A stretch of DNA of 64,000 nt, taken from contig KZ538517.1 of assembly GCA_000934665.2 (NCBI GenBank), forward strand, positions 1-64,000, written 5' to 3'. Below are positions 24,962 to 38,600 of the stretch, in pieces; position 1 is the first letter of the stretch; each line of letters opens with the position of its first letter. The position numbers and the translations under genes were made by a program. This DNA comes from Catajapyx aquilonaris. Taxonomy: Eukaryota. The notes below the pieces were generated by a model, which worked only from the letters and a program-made list of their open reading frames with translations, was not told the origin of the DNA and did not search any database.

Positions 24962-26414
24962 CTACTGCTTGTTCCAAGCTTCCTTCTCCAACCGCTCCCT
25001 CACCACCTGGTCCAAGTATGGCTTCAAGTACCTCACATCCTAAATGCAAAAATATCTTTAATACCCATACACAACCTCTCTTGTCTGGGCAAAATCTCTG
25101 TTTGGATTAACATACCTCATCATACTTTGTCCACTCATCCTTGGGAAGAATGTCCTTCCGGATGGACAGCTGCAGGGCTCGTTGGACGCGGAAGTTGCGC
25201 TCGTCCTGCAGGTGAGCAGGCAAGCGGCGAAGGGCCTCAATCACATCTGGATTCTCATACAGGCAGTCGTCGTGCCACAGACCTGGAGAAGGTAATGTTT
25301 ATTCTATGTTGAACTATCTGCATAAAAAACATTACTTACTTACTGGGTGGCACTTACTTAATAAATCCCACATTCCTACCACACAGAGTAACTAGTCTAC
25401 CACAGACATACATTGGTTGATTTTCTATTAAAATTAGACTACAGCAGGCCTGACACCAAGTTTCAACTTATACAACACAAAGTATATTCTCAATATTGAT
25501 CGAAAAGTGAAGGGTTCATACCTTTCCACTACATTATGCTTCTACAGTATAGGATGTAATTAGAAGCACTGTAGGGGGCAAGGTGTCTAGTGATTATGGC
25601 ATTGACCTGCCCAGTGGCACTTTTATCGCAAGAGAAATCACACGGTTTATTTTAAAATATCATTGAGACGTACACTTCATATTCCCTCCCCCAAAAGTAC
25701 AGTGCTGGTCATAATTATACCGAGGCAACCGCCAGCGACATTTTCCGAAGCGGCAGAAGAAGGAATCGAAGATAAGCATACTTCAAGCATGGGCGAGCAA
25801 GATTCCTTCTTCTGCTGCTTCGGAAAATGTCGCTGGCTGGTGCCTCGATATATGACCAGAACTGTACATCTCATACATGGGATGCACCTGACCCAGCAAA
25901 TTCAAAAAGGAGAGGGGCTCACTATTCTTCCCAACCAAGAGACTGCAGATTCACACAAGCTTGGCAAGCCACCCTGCATCAGTCACTTATATACTGTGTC
26001 AACCTCTCCTGTCCCTTCCAGTAGTGTATGCTGGCCAATATTGCATACTGGAGTCTCTTAAGCTGTACATGATTTATGTGGTTGGCCAGCATTACTCTGG
26101 ACCAGGCCTGCATAGAATGCAGTGGCAGGCAATGTGCTGCATAGAGATGAATCATCCACGAAGCATGGCTCCTCCTTACCGTACTGGTTGAACCCGGAGG
26201 ACCGGTAAACCCATCGGCGCAGCGACTCTGCAAAAGTAAAACGAACCAGATAAGAACCAACGTCACGAACGTCCTGTGCGTCCCTGACAAGTCATCGAAC
26301 CCGGGCCTCGTGCCGTCCCCACGTAGACGCAAGCACTCGACAGGACCCCCGACCCAGCCCCCAACAGCAAAATAAGAATCCGGATTTACCAGTGAACCCT
26401 CTGGAAGCCGCCAT
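24962..26414 (-). CDS. UQCRB: Cytochrome b-c1 complex subunit 7 (QCR7), 105 aa, 4 exons
   Basis: Exons (-) 26414-26390, 26227-26180, 25282-25116, 25039-24962 give [95 protein letters not shown]...EAWNKQ. The ORF track misses it. Minus-strand AATAAA at 24857-24862. Confidence 0.95.
25700..25864. mobile_element. Tc1-like hairpin MITE in UQCRB intron 2
   Basis: TA|CAGTGCTGGTCATA...TATGACCAGAACTG|TA; about 65-bp arms around a 33-nt loop; the terminus resembles the Tc1 CAGTGCTGG end. Confidence 0.8.
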
Positions 26415-27400
26415 TTTCCCTTCCCTGGATAGAACGAGCAACCGGATGTGAAGGCGGAAGGACACGCAAAGGTCTACGCTTGTTGCCAGGTGCAGCCAGA
26501 CAGTGTCGCCATCTCGGGCGACATCACCGCCAGCTGCTGCTCATCCAAGGACCAGGCCAGGAGCAAGGCCATTGCCGCAAAAAACCAGCAGCATAAATAG
26601 AACAGGACCAATGAAGCATTTGCCCGACACTACCCGTAACTCCAAGGCCACTTAGGTATTACGTATAGCCCGCTTTAAAAAAGAAACCGTACTCGGTACA
26701 TAGGCGCTAGAATTGGGCGCGCTTTTTTTCCTCATCCATATTATAATGTGAAGGCCGTTAAGATCTCGTTGGTTGAGACATGGCATAAAAAAGAGTGGGC
26801 ACGTGAACACAGCTTTCTACCCTCCCAGCCAGATGTCACGTGCATAGAAAGCCACAAGCAGTCTGCCTTTTTTTGTGACGCGCGATCAGGTTTGGTTCAC
26901 GTGAACACGTCCTGATTCCGCCTTCCACTCCCCCATGGACACATACACAGTGTCTGTGTCACCCGCCCTAATCTCCAGACCAGACTTCATATATCTGCAG
27001 ATCCCAAAGTCCCCCTGTTGTTGTCAGTCACATTCCGGGTAGGGTAGTACTTGCCACGTACTACCTAGCACAAAGGGCATTGTTTCTTTGTGGTGCAAGT
27101 GCCAGGGAGGGGTACCCTCTTCTTTATTAGTCACTGCCCCATCCTCTCCCCCATTTCTGACTAGTGGGAGGGAGGCGTATAAATAGCCATAAAAACTGGG
27201 GTTTAAAAGCAGGGTTTGCCAGTGTCAGTGGGGCCCAGTTAGTGAGGGAATGGACCTGAAAGTGTTTGGTAGCTGTGCAACTTACATCGACTGCCTCAAG
27301 AGCCGCTCACGTGTCGGTCAGCTTCACCACACCTGGAAGTGGTTGCACCTCACACTCGACATACACAGCCACCTTGTCTGCCTCTCCGAGGCCGTCACGA
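26400..27400. promoter_or_regulatory. Putative bidirectional promoter UQCRB/LIPT1
   Basis: The start codons are divergent and 1.2 kb apart. CpG-rich region with a YY1-like GCCGCCATTTT (26407-26417) overlapping the UQCRB ATG, ETS-like CCGGATGT/GGCGGAAG at about 26442-26460, and CACGTG E-boxes at 26800, 26837, 26898 and 27308. Confidence 0.55.
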
Positions 27401-27618
27401 CTGCGGCGCACTAAAGTCCAGTGGAATTATTAAAGCGGCCCCCACAGTCAAAATAACCGACCAACTGCCAGCTTCTTGCAATATTTGCGAGGGGTTTTAT
27501 CATTGTTAGACATAACGAAAGACTAGTCAAATTTTTTTAAGAAAAGGGAGCTCTTCCCAGTTGCAAAACAAGAAAAAAAAGTTTCTTTGTGGTTCAAAGG
27601 AGGATTCAACTGTACAAG

Positions 27619-30600
27619 ATGTGGAGCATTTTGGCCATCGGGAAGCAGGCAGGGAGAGCTGCACGCCTCACTGTGCGGATGTGTGGGGTACGTATATTTG
27701 CGTCTTTCTGGGTTACACACTGAATTTGTCAAATGTTGAATTTGGAAAGTGTGTGCCATGACATTTCACCTATTTTAATATTGACAGCAAAGTCATTGGT
27801 TACTTAAGATCTGCTTATTCTACATCAGGTTGTGGTTCATGCCTGGCCAACTGGTCACTGCGTTTAATGTGAGTGTGTCTTTTGCACAATAGGTGACCTT
27901 TAGTAGCTATGGTCATTAGCATAATTGCCTCACCACATGGGCAGAATAACATAGATAAAAGCCCCATTTAGATAATGATGACTGGATTTTTCAAGCACAG
28001 AAATGGAATCCTGATCTATTGCGTCATTGACAATTGCCCTTTTAGCATTGTGAGGCGTATATCTATTTGCCTCCAGAAATAAGATTTGTTAGAAAATTGT
28101 GCAATGTTAATCAAGCCCATCTGGTAAAATACTGTGGAAGAAATTTATTGCAGTGATGATTTGTAAACTGCTTTGTATGAAGAAATTGTTGTTTCAGTAG
28201 TTGCAAACTTTTCAAGTCTTATTCTTTGGCCAACAGCTACTTGACATTTCCCTTCTACTTATGTTAAAGTTGATAGTGCAAGTGGTAATCACTTCTAGAG
28301 AATGTTTCAAGGAGCAATTTATAAACCTGCAAGAGATTAAAAAATTTATTAATTTAAATTAATCACTACCGGTACTGCATATCTGGAATTTCTTTGAGTA
28401 TTACTTGAGAGAGTGGATTTCACAGTGCCATGTACTGTTGTACAAGCACATGTCATAACCTCAGATTTTGCAAGCAGTGTTCCATGCATAAAGGCACACT
28501 TCAAGGACTGTTCAAGGTCATATTCAATGTCTTATTCCCAATAGGAATCAAAGGTCATGGCTCCAGCCATGTCCCTCAGCACATCTTCCCCAAAGGAGCC
28601 AGAGAAGTCTGTGTTTATCTCCCAGTCAGCAGACATTTTCACCAACCTGGCCCTGGAGGATTGGCTGTATCGTAACCTGGACTTCAGCAATCACAATGTG
28701 CTGCTGCTGTGGCGTAATGAGCCCTGTGTGGTGATTGGACGGCACCAGAACCCATGGGTAGAGGCCAACCTGCCCCTGCTCAAAGAGAGAGGGATTGCCC
28801 TGGCTAGGAGGAACAGTGGTGGAGGAACCGTCTACCATGATAGGGGAAACCTCAACTGCACCTTCTTCACTAATAGGTACTGTTTGACAATGGTTTCATC
28901 CAGTAAGAAGGAATGCAAAAAATACATGGATGTCAATAATGTCTTCGTTTTGCAGGGATGCATACAACCGACGCCAGAACCTGGAAATTGTATGCAATGC
29001 TCTGCATCGTGAGTGGGGATTGGCAGCAGAGATCAGCCCTAGGGAGGATGTCATGCTGCAAGGCTTTAAAGTATCCTTTATAAACAGAAGCCAAAACATA
29101 CACACCTACATATCAAAAAAGTGCAGATGCAGTTTATTTGGTGATGCTTAGTTCTTTTCCAAGAGGGAATAAAGTGGGTAAATAAGTACCGTACTAAAAG
29201 GGGTAGTCTGAGAAACTTTTGTTCTGTGCCAAAGTAGTTTCAATCCTGAGCAGCATCACAATGCAAAGTACAGACCGTAGGTATAGACACTCCACATTTA
29301 AAGACTTGTGAAAATGTTCTTTATGTTAAAAACTGGATGAATTTCTCATTCTCTGGCAGTGAAATAATGTTAATGTCTGATGACTTAACTCTGATAGCAA
29401 TGTCTTTCATCTGATATTCACTGGGTATTGCACAATTCAATCCGGATGAAATGTCAATTTTTGAGTTGATACTGTGATAAATGTACAGGCACCCGTGTAA
29501 GTCAGCTTTTCTTATCAAGGCATATCCTCCCGACAACTAAATCCCAAAACTTGTCAATTTTGAGCAGATAACATTACATGGACATTGAACGCATTTTTCA
29601 ACAGTGAATCCCTCATGAGAGTTCAGTTTCCTTATCTAATTACATTTGATATCCGGTTCTGCTTCCAAACTGGGGAAGAACGCGTATCACCATTGCACCG
29701 TCCTGGTCAATGCCAGCATGGCCTCTCTGAAAGACAGCTTGCATAATGACAAGGTGAGACATTGTTTGCGCTGAGTTAACAGGTGGTGGCAGACTTTGGA
29801 CTTGTTGTGGGGGATATGGGTTCACACAACAAAAGATTGAGAATTTATCTAATCAGGGTGTCTGCCACAATGCGGTTTTTTCAACTTTTGAGCAAGCAGG
29901 CTGGGTTGGCAAAGTTCAATTTGCAGGCCGGCTGGAGTAAAAATAGCCAAGGCTGTTGCCCTTGGGGAAGCGATTGCGTAAGGGACTGCTCATGCAATTA
30001 GAACGTGCTGGGCAGGTAACCAGGCATGATGATTACATGATCGCTGCACCCTCCTAGGAATAGGATTCCACGTGTAGTTATGACTAGATTTTAATAGCTG
30101 GAATGCAAAGTGTCATATTGAAAAGGAGTAATGGAACTTTTACTAGTGTTATGTAATGTTCTAAATTCTGGTATGAGACTTATTTTCCCCATTCATAATT
30201 TTGATGATAGTGGCATTGTAACCGACTGCTTTTATTGAGACAATCAATCTGGCAATGGTCATGATTTTGAACAGTAAATTTATGTAAGCAATTTTATTCA
30301 CTTTCAAGGCTGGCATTGAGAGCAAGGCCACAGCAAGCGTAGGTTCTCCAGTAAAGAACCTCAAAGAAGCACTTCCAGCTGTGTCTGTGGAGAAAGCCGT
30401 GGCAGCCATAGGCTGGGAGTATCTTCGTACCGACCCAAAAGGAACGGATGGCGGGAAGGAACACATCTCAAAGCAGCGTGGGTTCAAGATGATCAATCCC
30501 ACTGACAGCTGGTTTCCGGGTATGTGGAATGCACCCGAAAAGTTGATGGCTCAAAGTAACCAGTGATCAGATTACTACCTGATTTTTCTTATGATTTTTA

Positions 30601-32618
30601 CACCATTTCATTTTTCTTATTGTGACAATAAAGGCCCAGATATTTTAGCCTGTACTTGTTTTTTGCTTTTTTTATGTGATCCCCCTGGAGGACCTTGGTT
30701 GCAAAATGAGATGTATCATTTCAAGGTATAACTTTGAGAACAGGAGCTTGCAATATGCTTGTTCAGTTTGGGCACTTGAATGATGCACCATTTAAAGTGC
30801 ACTGCCCTTTTTTTGAAAAGTCTGATTTTACAACTATGACCACCGGGCATTATTTTCTCTCTGCGAGGAATTGCAGAAGCGATATTGGTAGCATTTTTTT
30901 TCGGTGTTGAAAAAATCCCTTGGGTGTCTTGGAATTAGCCTTCAGTAGTGGCAAACAGTGTTATGATGGCCCCAAGTTTGCCTTTGTCTGGGATTCCATA
31001 AGTAAATGAATCCGGTGTAATCTGCTTATCATTGGTGTAATAATAGGGGATTGATAAGGCACGAGTAAACAGGGATTGAACTTTAGTTGTAGAGTACAAA
31101 GTGTTAAATTTTTTGTGAGAATGAGGCCAGCATCACCTCAAAATGTAAGTTCAGGTCAATATATTGCTTGGGCTTCCCTTAGGAACAAGTCCTTATGGCC
31201 ATTGCACCCCACTCATGATATTTCAAAGGTCATGCGATAATCTTCCGGAAAATGCTACCGTCATTGACACTTCTGACCCTGGCTGTTTCCCTCTTAATCC
31301 TACTGATTGGCCAATCATGCATTTAGTGCATGTCATACTTTGCCAGAACTTTTGGAGGCACTCCAAACTGCATTCCTTAGTGCTTGACTTCTTTGAAATA
31401 ACTCCTGCTACTAATCACCTGAGAGAAATTAGGAAATCTTTGCAAGTATCCACTGGTTTACACAAGCATTTGTGGTGCGCACAAGGTTTTACTTCCAGAT
31501 TATGGTTGGGAAATTAGTGGAAGGAATCCAAGTTCATTTGGGATTATCTGGCTCTCTGTCACATGTGAATTGCTATGCAGTTAATCTTTCTGTTATGTAG
31601 GTCATAGATAAACAAAACAATCTATTGGTTCATCAAAAGAGATCATGTGAAGTCTGGCAATTTGCCACAATTTCAGCTAAAGGCATTACAAAATATGCAT
31701 TACTGTTAATGTCATCTGGTTTGTCACAGAGAGAGATGACGACAATTGGCAAATTGTCAGCACACCAAGTAAACTGTCATTACATGCTCTACTCTGTGAT
31801 AGCATGGTATGTTCATAGATGGGTATGATATAGAAATGAAGGAGTGCAGGAGTTTCTCTTACTCAGTTCGTCAATTTAATAATTCAATAAATTGCCTACA
31901 TGACCTACCATTACATAACTTCTGATATCTATTTGCCTAACCTCATGTCATTTTTATTCCACATTTTTCATATCATTGGTCCTTATAAGTTACCAATCAT
32001 ACATTCTTGTTCAAGATCAGTACAAACTGTGCTAATGATTAATGCTGATAATCAACAGGACTGGACAAGCTGAATGAGGAGTTCCAGAGCTGGGGATGGA
32101 TATTTGGAAAGACTCCAAAGTTCACCATCACACGCTCCTTCTTGATTCCTCAAGAATTGATTGGCGATCAGAAGGTCAACAATGGTAGCAGGGAGCTAAC
32201 CATACAACTGCAGGTAAATTTTATGTACCTGAGAACTACTTGGCACTATGTGGCCTCTATAACTCCTTGTGTTGTGATTTCAACAAATTCAATCAGTACA
32301 CCTTTGAAAAATATTACATGCATAGATAATTTTTTTCCCCATTATGTGTGTATTACCTGGTGCTGATGTGACATTCTCATGTAGGTGTACCATGGACTGG
32401 TAGAGGACGTATGCTTTCGGATCCCTCCTGAGTTTGTGGGAGGATTGGTTGACATCAAGGGGCAGCTTGACATGGTGGAGCCACTAAAAGGGAAGAGATT
32501 TTCAGAAGAGGTAGTCAACCTGTTCGAGGATCTGTTGGTCAACCAGCAGCCTCAGGAGAAGCGCGAGAAGAATCAGTTTGTGGCCAATTGCATGAAAAAA
32601 GTGGTCCAGTCAGTCTGA
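27619..32618 (+). CDS. LIPT1: Mitochondrial lipoyltransferase 1, about 406 aa, 7 coding exons
   Basis: Exons 27619-27687 (MWSILAIGKQAGRAARLTVRMCG, transit-peptide-like, less certain), 28545-28876, 28956-29070, 29649-29753, 30309-30519, 32059-32213, 32385-32618 (1221 nt). Motifs NLALEDWLY, VVIGRHQNPW, RRNSGGGTVYHDRGNLN, K|ISGSASK...AYHHCTVL, SKATASV and WIFGKTPKF. Confidence 0.93.
29071..29648 (+). other. U12-type (minor spliceosome) intron of LIPT1 with non-canonical 3' end
   Basis: Donor GTATCCTTT (29071-29079); branch-like TTTCCTTATC (29627-29636); the conserved K|ISG junction requires the intron to end in TG at 29647-29648 (or AT at 29644-29645). Confidence 0.8.
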
Positions 32619-35600
32619 CAGAGACCCTGTTAAGGGCTTGATGCCTGTTTCTTTTGCTACTTTTTGTTAACTGGGAGTGCTTCCTAAACATGCTAACATG
32701 GTGGAAAGACTTAAGAAATTAGGGGCAAGTAAGATATACGAAAACATTACTTTTTTAGCACATTGGGGAAAAAATCATACCAGTGAAATATGTACAAGTG
32801 AATCTCGGAGTAAGTGTTTGCACAATTTTTGTCTTCAAATCATTGCAATGGTATATTTAGAAAATAAGATTTGACCCAGCTTTTGTATTGTACCAGTGAA
32901 ATAATTTGTATTTGCTATATAGTGGTGCTTCATATGAGTATACAAGTGGCTTGAGGTCAATAAAGGATATATTTACTAATTATTCCATCATTTGGTTGGT
33001 GTAATTGGAAATGGGCAGCAACATTATGACATTTAATTTTCCAGCGAATCTTTGTCAAGGTGAGTGGTTGGAGTTTCCGCACTTCTTGTCATTTAAGGAA
33101 GTGTCAGTACTATTGATGTGCTCACTGGAGGGTGGCACTATATTTATGTAAGAAGTTATCCCCAGTGTATTCCTGTGCCACCAACGGACTAACCAGTATG
33201 AGTTGTCCATCATCTGACAATTCAAGTCTTACATGCACTTGTGATGGAGAGTAGAGCAAATAAAACAGCTATAACTGTTAGCATTATGTTCACAAGTGAT
33301 ATCAAAATGGAACAGATAAGTACAGGAATACCTCCTCCAGGTTTCACAACTGGACTGAATTTTATGGAATTGGGATTTATAAGGTTCATAATGTTAGTAG
33401 ATATGAATGTACTGTATAATTATGTATACTGTCTCATGCTGAGATTGTTGATTTAGGTGCAATAGCAATGTGTACAGTACATGACAATCTGATATAATCT
33501 AGAAGTCATCACTGTTAGCCCCTTTCCCTTTCTGGTCCACGCAGTACTTTATGTAGCAATGGAATTGGAGGCCTAGTAAGTGCAACTTCAGTGAAAATTA
33601 TTACAAGTAGCTATGTACTGTACACAATGGAATGCTGCACACTCATGTAACAAGTGTATACTGGAGCACATACTGTATTTGTGGGACATCAGGAACTTAG
33701 AGCAAAATTCATTCCCCCCCATAACTACCTATGAAAATCTGCATCTAAGGTATCTCATGTGATGGAAAATGACATTTTCTGCCCTGGCTTTTCACTTGTG
33801 AAGCATTTCCAATACCTAAAATGATAAGGTTGTGCACTTCAAGTTAGGAGTGCAAGACCTACTTCTTGTAAGGCAACTGATTCCATGTATTGTACTGTAC
33901 TGTATTATACATGGAAGGGAAGAAGGAGCAGGATCATAACTACTAGGCCTACTACCCAGGGTTGCATATTAATTTTTGATTTATGCAATACAGTCTAATA
34001 ATGCTCTACAGTTTGGAGCAATGGTCCAAACGCCTGATGTCTCCCTGTCTGCCTTGGGTTCAACCCTGCTATATAGTGCTAGCTTGACCAAACTGTTATG
34101 ATTTTGTTAATAGCCTGCAACAACTTGTAAAGGCTTGTATTGTCCAGGGAGCTATGCAATATCGCGCCATCTTATCTGTTTATTCAACTATTGACATCCT
34201 GTAATTTACTCTTTTTTTTGGTACAATGCCCATTTATGGGGGGAGGGGGGGGGGGAGTTCTTGTAACAGGACGAACATTTTGCGCCCATTGGGCTATATA
34301 GAGGAACCACTCTGACCGTGAGAGTCAGTGGTAGTGCATTTGGAGGGCAAAAGAAAAATATAGTTTATACACTTTGTACCGTATACGCAGGCATCAACTG
34401 GAAAGTGATCTCCGTCTCATTTTTACAAATATGCAAATTTTGCTTAGACACGTACCGGTAATTCAAATAGGCACCGCGACTGAGGTCATCGGGGTATTGT
34501 CTCATCCACGCGTTGACGAAGTAAATGAACTCATATCAGAACCATGTTGTTTACTGGTTCCAGACAATCATGATGGCACCATTCCGATGATGGCTATAGC
34601 TAATCATCAGAGCAGAGCGCTTCCAGACGCACAGATTTCATTGCATATAATATAGCTATTTTGGCATGTACATGATGTATGTAGTACCGAAAGTGACCTC
34701 CAAAATAAATTACACAATGCCCGATTGAATTTGACCAAAATGTGACTCCGATTGTTCTGCATTTCAGATCATTTCATGTAACACGCTGTACCCCACGCAG
34801 ATATACGTAAGATACTCATCATCTCCATATTTGGCATTTGAATTCCACGCCGCTTCTCAGAAACCAATGAAGCTTAGAAGAATGTGCTGACTTCATAAGA
34901 TCGTATTTCAAGGCCTTCGGGGTCAGAGACGTCTATTGTTCCCGCCCTACGCGTAGATCCTGAACAAGCTTGGACACTTGGACATGTCTATAAATAATCC
35001 CGTTTGCATATAATGATTCATCGTTGTTTACTTCACAGCACTCACATTTCACTTACAGCTAGCCTAATGCGCAGTTAATTAGGATAGTCGATACTCTGAG
35101 CGTCATCTCTAAACATTAACTCGCCTTGCATAAGAATGGTTGTGGTGATGCCCATATTTTTTAAAGCATAAACATGCGTAGTAAACAGTTTTAAACTGTT
35201 TATTCTAACCCACACAGTTTTTGTTGTCTGTATTTTTTATATACTGTATACTGTAATGGTTGCAGTATTGATATATACAGTATAATATAACACTAAGGGT
35301 TAACCTCTTGGACTACTTTCGAAGCCTGACTTTCGGTTAACACTAATATTTTTAAATTGCTTAAATATTAGAGGCCCTGATTTGCAAACCAATCACACTC
35401 ACATTTTCGCGAAAATTGAATTAGGCATTACACAAGAAAGTCATCCAAGCGTGTTTTACAATCGTTAAATCATATTTCCGCTAGGGCAATTAGAGTCCCC
35501 TATATAAATGTTTGTAAAAAAAAAATAGAGATCCCATAAGAGATACCTCTTCAACTACTCATATCTCAAAATCATTCTATTGTGACTGATCGTTCTGCTT

Positions 35601-38600
35601 TTCAGGTCTTCATTTGTAAACGCACAATGCCTTGTTCAGACACTGGTCCAAAACCTGCCCCAAAAATTCATAAGTTTTCACTTTTCTTATTTGAGAGGCC
35701 CTCATTTAGAATAAAGGACCCCTCTCTCCTTTCCATTTTCTAAGGTGAGAAAGTGGACTGCATAATTTATCGAATTTGGTATTACATTTTACAAAAAAAA
35801 TATGACATTGACATTTGAAGCTGTTGCCAAAATCTCATATTCCACACACTCTGTCCATGGTCGGAGGGTGCCCTGAACCCGTTATGCAGCAAGCTTGGGG
35901 CCACCGTCATCACCATGATCTGCCGGAATTCCCCTCCTTCCTTCCCTCCCCCCCTTTCCTTCCCTTCACCTGAACCGCCTCCACCACCCTCTTTCTTTTT
36001 TCCCATTCCTTCGAAGGTAGGCTCAAGACAGTCCGTTCCTGACCACCCTACAATACGCACGTGTTGGCTCATAACTCCGTGAATGAGTGACGTGATATTG
36101 TGAGTGTTGCACGTGCACCCAACAGCACATCATGGGGTTCAAGAGCGCATTTCCAGGCGTAAGTATACCAAATTATACTTAAACTGTGTCCTAAACGGTA
36201 CCGTACCGAACAAAAAGGCGTAATAAAATCGTTACGTCAGATGGATAGATGCCAACCCATTTTAATATTCAGTTCTCGTACTGCTTGTAGGATTCTTCGA
36301 GGCATGAAATGTACAGTATCGCTAACGTGTGTACCGGTACTTAGGACCACGTGTTTCTTGTGGGAGGCTCAAGACGGCCTCGGTCACACCTTGATAAAAG
36401 ATCGTTTAAAAATTTGCGAATGACTTCCGGTCGAAATTGATGCTTCTGAGAATATCCCACGCATCAGGTTTTTGGCCCTAGGAAGGACCGGTTTTTTGGC
36501 GAATATAGCGCTGGACACATGACGTCAGTCAATGAGAGCGTGGGCTTCTCTTGAACAAGTACAAGGACATGTCCTATTGTAATATTGAGTCTGAGAAGTT
36601 GTCGCGGATGATTCACTCGTATGATTGCTAGTGATTCTTTGCTTATTTTTTTTTCTTGCAAATGCGGGATGTAGGTCGAATTTCCCTACTTCAAATGAGG
36701 GTGTATGGAGGACCAGAAGCCACGACCGGAACCAATTATAATCCAATCGCATGATGATCCCCAAAAACCATTATTTCTCTTATTATTTGGGCAACAAAAG
36801 TAATCCAGCGAATGGCTGTTCTCATTTAGTGGGTAATGCAGAAAGCAGGTATTTTTTTATCGATGTAAAAAAAAAGGCTTTCAAAGTCGACTTTCCTCTC
36901 TCGACCTGGAAATGCTTGTGTAAGCGTTTGTATGTGAGTGTGGTATACAGACGTGTGCATATTAAGAACGAGATTTCCTTTGCGGTTGGAAATATCCGTC
37001 CGGTAACCAATATGTACCGGAAAAAAAAATTGGCACATGAATGAGTCACGTAGTTGTAACTGTGCAGAATTTCAGTAAAAATTAAAAATATTTTAAAACC
37101 GCGTTTATGTAGCAAGGCGGATGTTACGCAAATGCCAGTAAAATATTGAGGAATGGTCATGCACACTTTATTTTAATTTTCTTCGTGTAAATCGTGTCGT
37201 TGCCTTATTTAAGCCGAAAAATTGTTTAGCAGGTCACATCGATTTTGTCATTTTCCTTACATTTTACAACAGGTACCGCTCTGTACATGCAAACAAGTCC
37301 ATTGATTGTATACACACCGACCATTTTATGTCCACCAGTTTTTATGTCCCGTTTATGGCACAACCATTGATATTGTATTCATATTGCTTTCAAATATATG
37401 GAAAAATTCGAGTTGCGACACCATCACGCAACCACGATTAAAAGCGGTAGTTCCTACCGCAAGTATTTTTGTTTAGAGTCTTTTGACCACAAATTGCTCG
37501 AGATTGCCAACTGTGTTCTAACGGGGTGGCAACGACATAAAAAGAAGGCGTGAAATACGTGTTGCAGGTGGTGGTAATGGCCTGAGTGACATGAGCTTTA
37601 ACCGCCAGCAATTTTCCGTCTACCCATCACAATGGTGGCAGTCCAAAAAAAAATGGCGCTAAATGAGAGTGCAGGTGCCGCCCAAACCTAGGACACATCA
37701 CGGAAAAAAAAACTAGGCAGTGTGCAAGTGTACAGCATTGAAAAGATGCAGAGCGTAACCTTCCGGAAGCCTCCTCCTTTTCTCTCCGTACACTAAGAAT
37801 CTCCTCTCTATTTTTTTATTATATAGAGTGCGTATCTCAAGTGCAGCCGAGAGGAGTTACGCCCTTGAAATTCCGACACACGCCCCAACACTCACACGAT
37901 CTGGTTTCTCTCCTCAGTTACACACCCACTTGGCCATTGTGGCCCTTTTTTGCATGCCAGTTCGCACCGACGAGAAAGGTGCCACTCTCACCTCCTGTTG
38001 ATGCTGACGTCATGCGCCGAAATGACCTGCGCGATGAATACTAGCTGATCTTATCCGAGATTTATTGCCATTTTTTTCTATCGTTAAATTATTCGGGTAT
38101 GATAAAGTGAAATTTAGTGTGGTCTTTAGTACGGTGCTTCAGGTGTCATCTGTGGTTAGGCAAGGCCCGAGTTGTTTCAGCACCCTATATGGCTGAATCC
38201 GGGCTGAATGAAGGAAGTAAAAAAATGAAATCTTGGCAGTAAGAACAACCTTATCTTCATAGTGTATTGTTACAGAGTCAGGCCTTGAACTAGTACCAAA
38301 CCCAAATATCTCGTTCTATTTGTGGCTTCAGCTGAGCTTGATTGATATCACCTGAAGTGTTTTGCTATGATTCCGGATTGCCTAAACGGAGTGAGGAAGT
38401 CACGGTATCCAGATGTCGGCTCATCCTCTTTGTCACGCTTAGTAAAGCTTCGTAACCCACATAATGATGATTTTTTTTGTGCTAGTGCGAATTCCGGCCT
38501 GAAGGTAAGGGTAATTTAGATAAGAATTTCTTCAGCCGACGCTTTTGCCTGTTTCGGCCAAGAATTTCAAGGCCATTAAATGTAAACACCGGGTCGTTAC

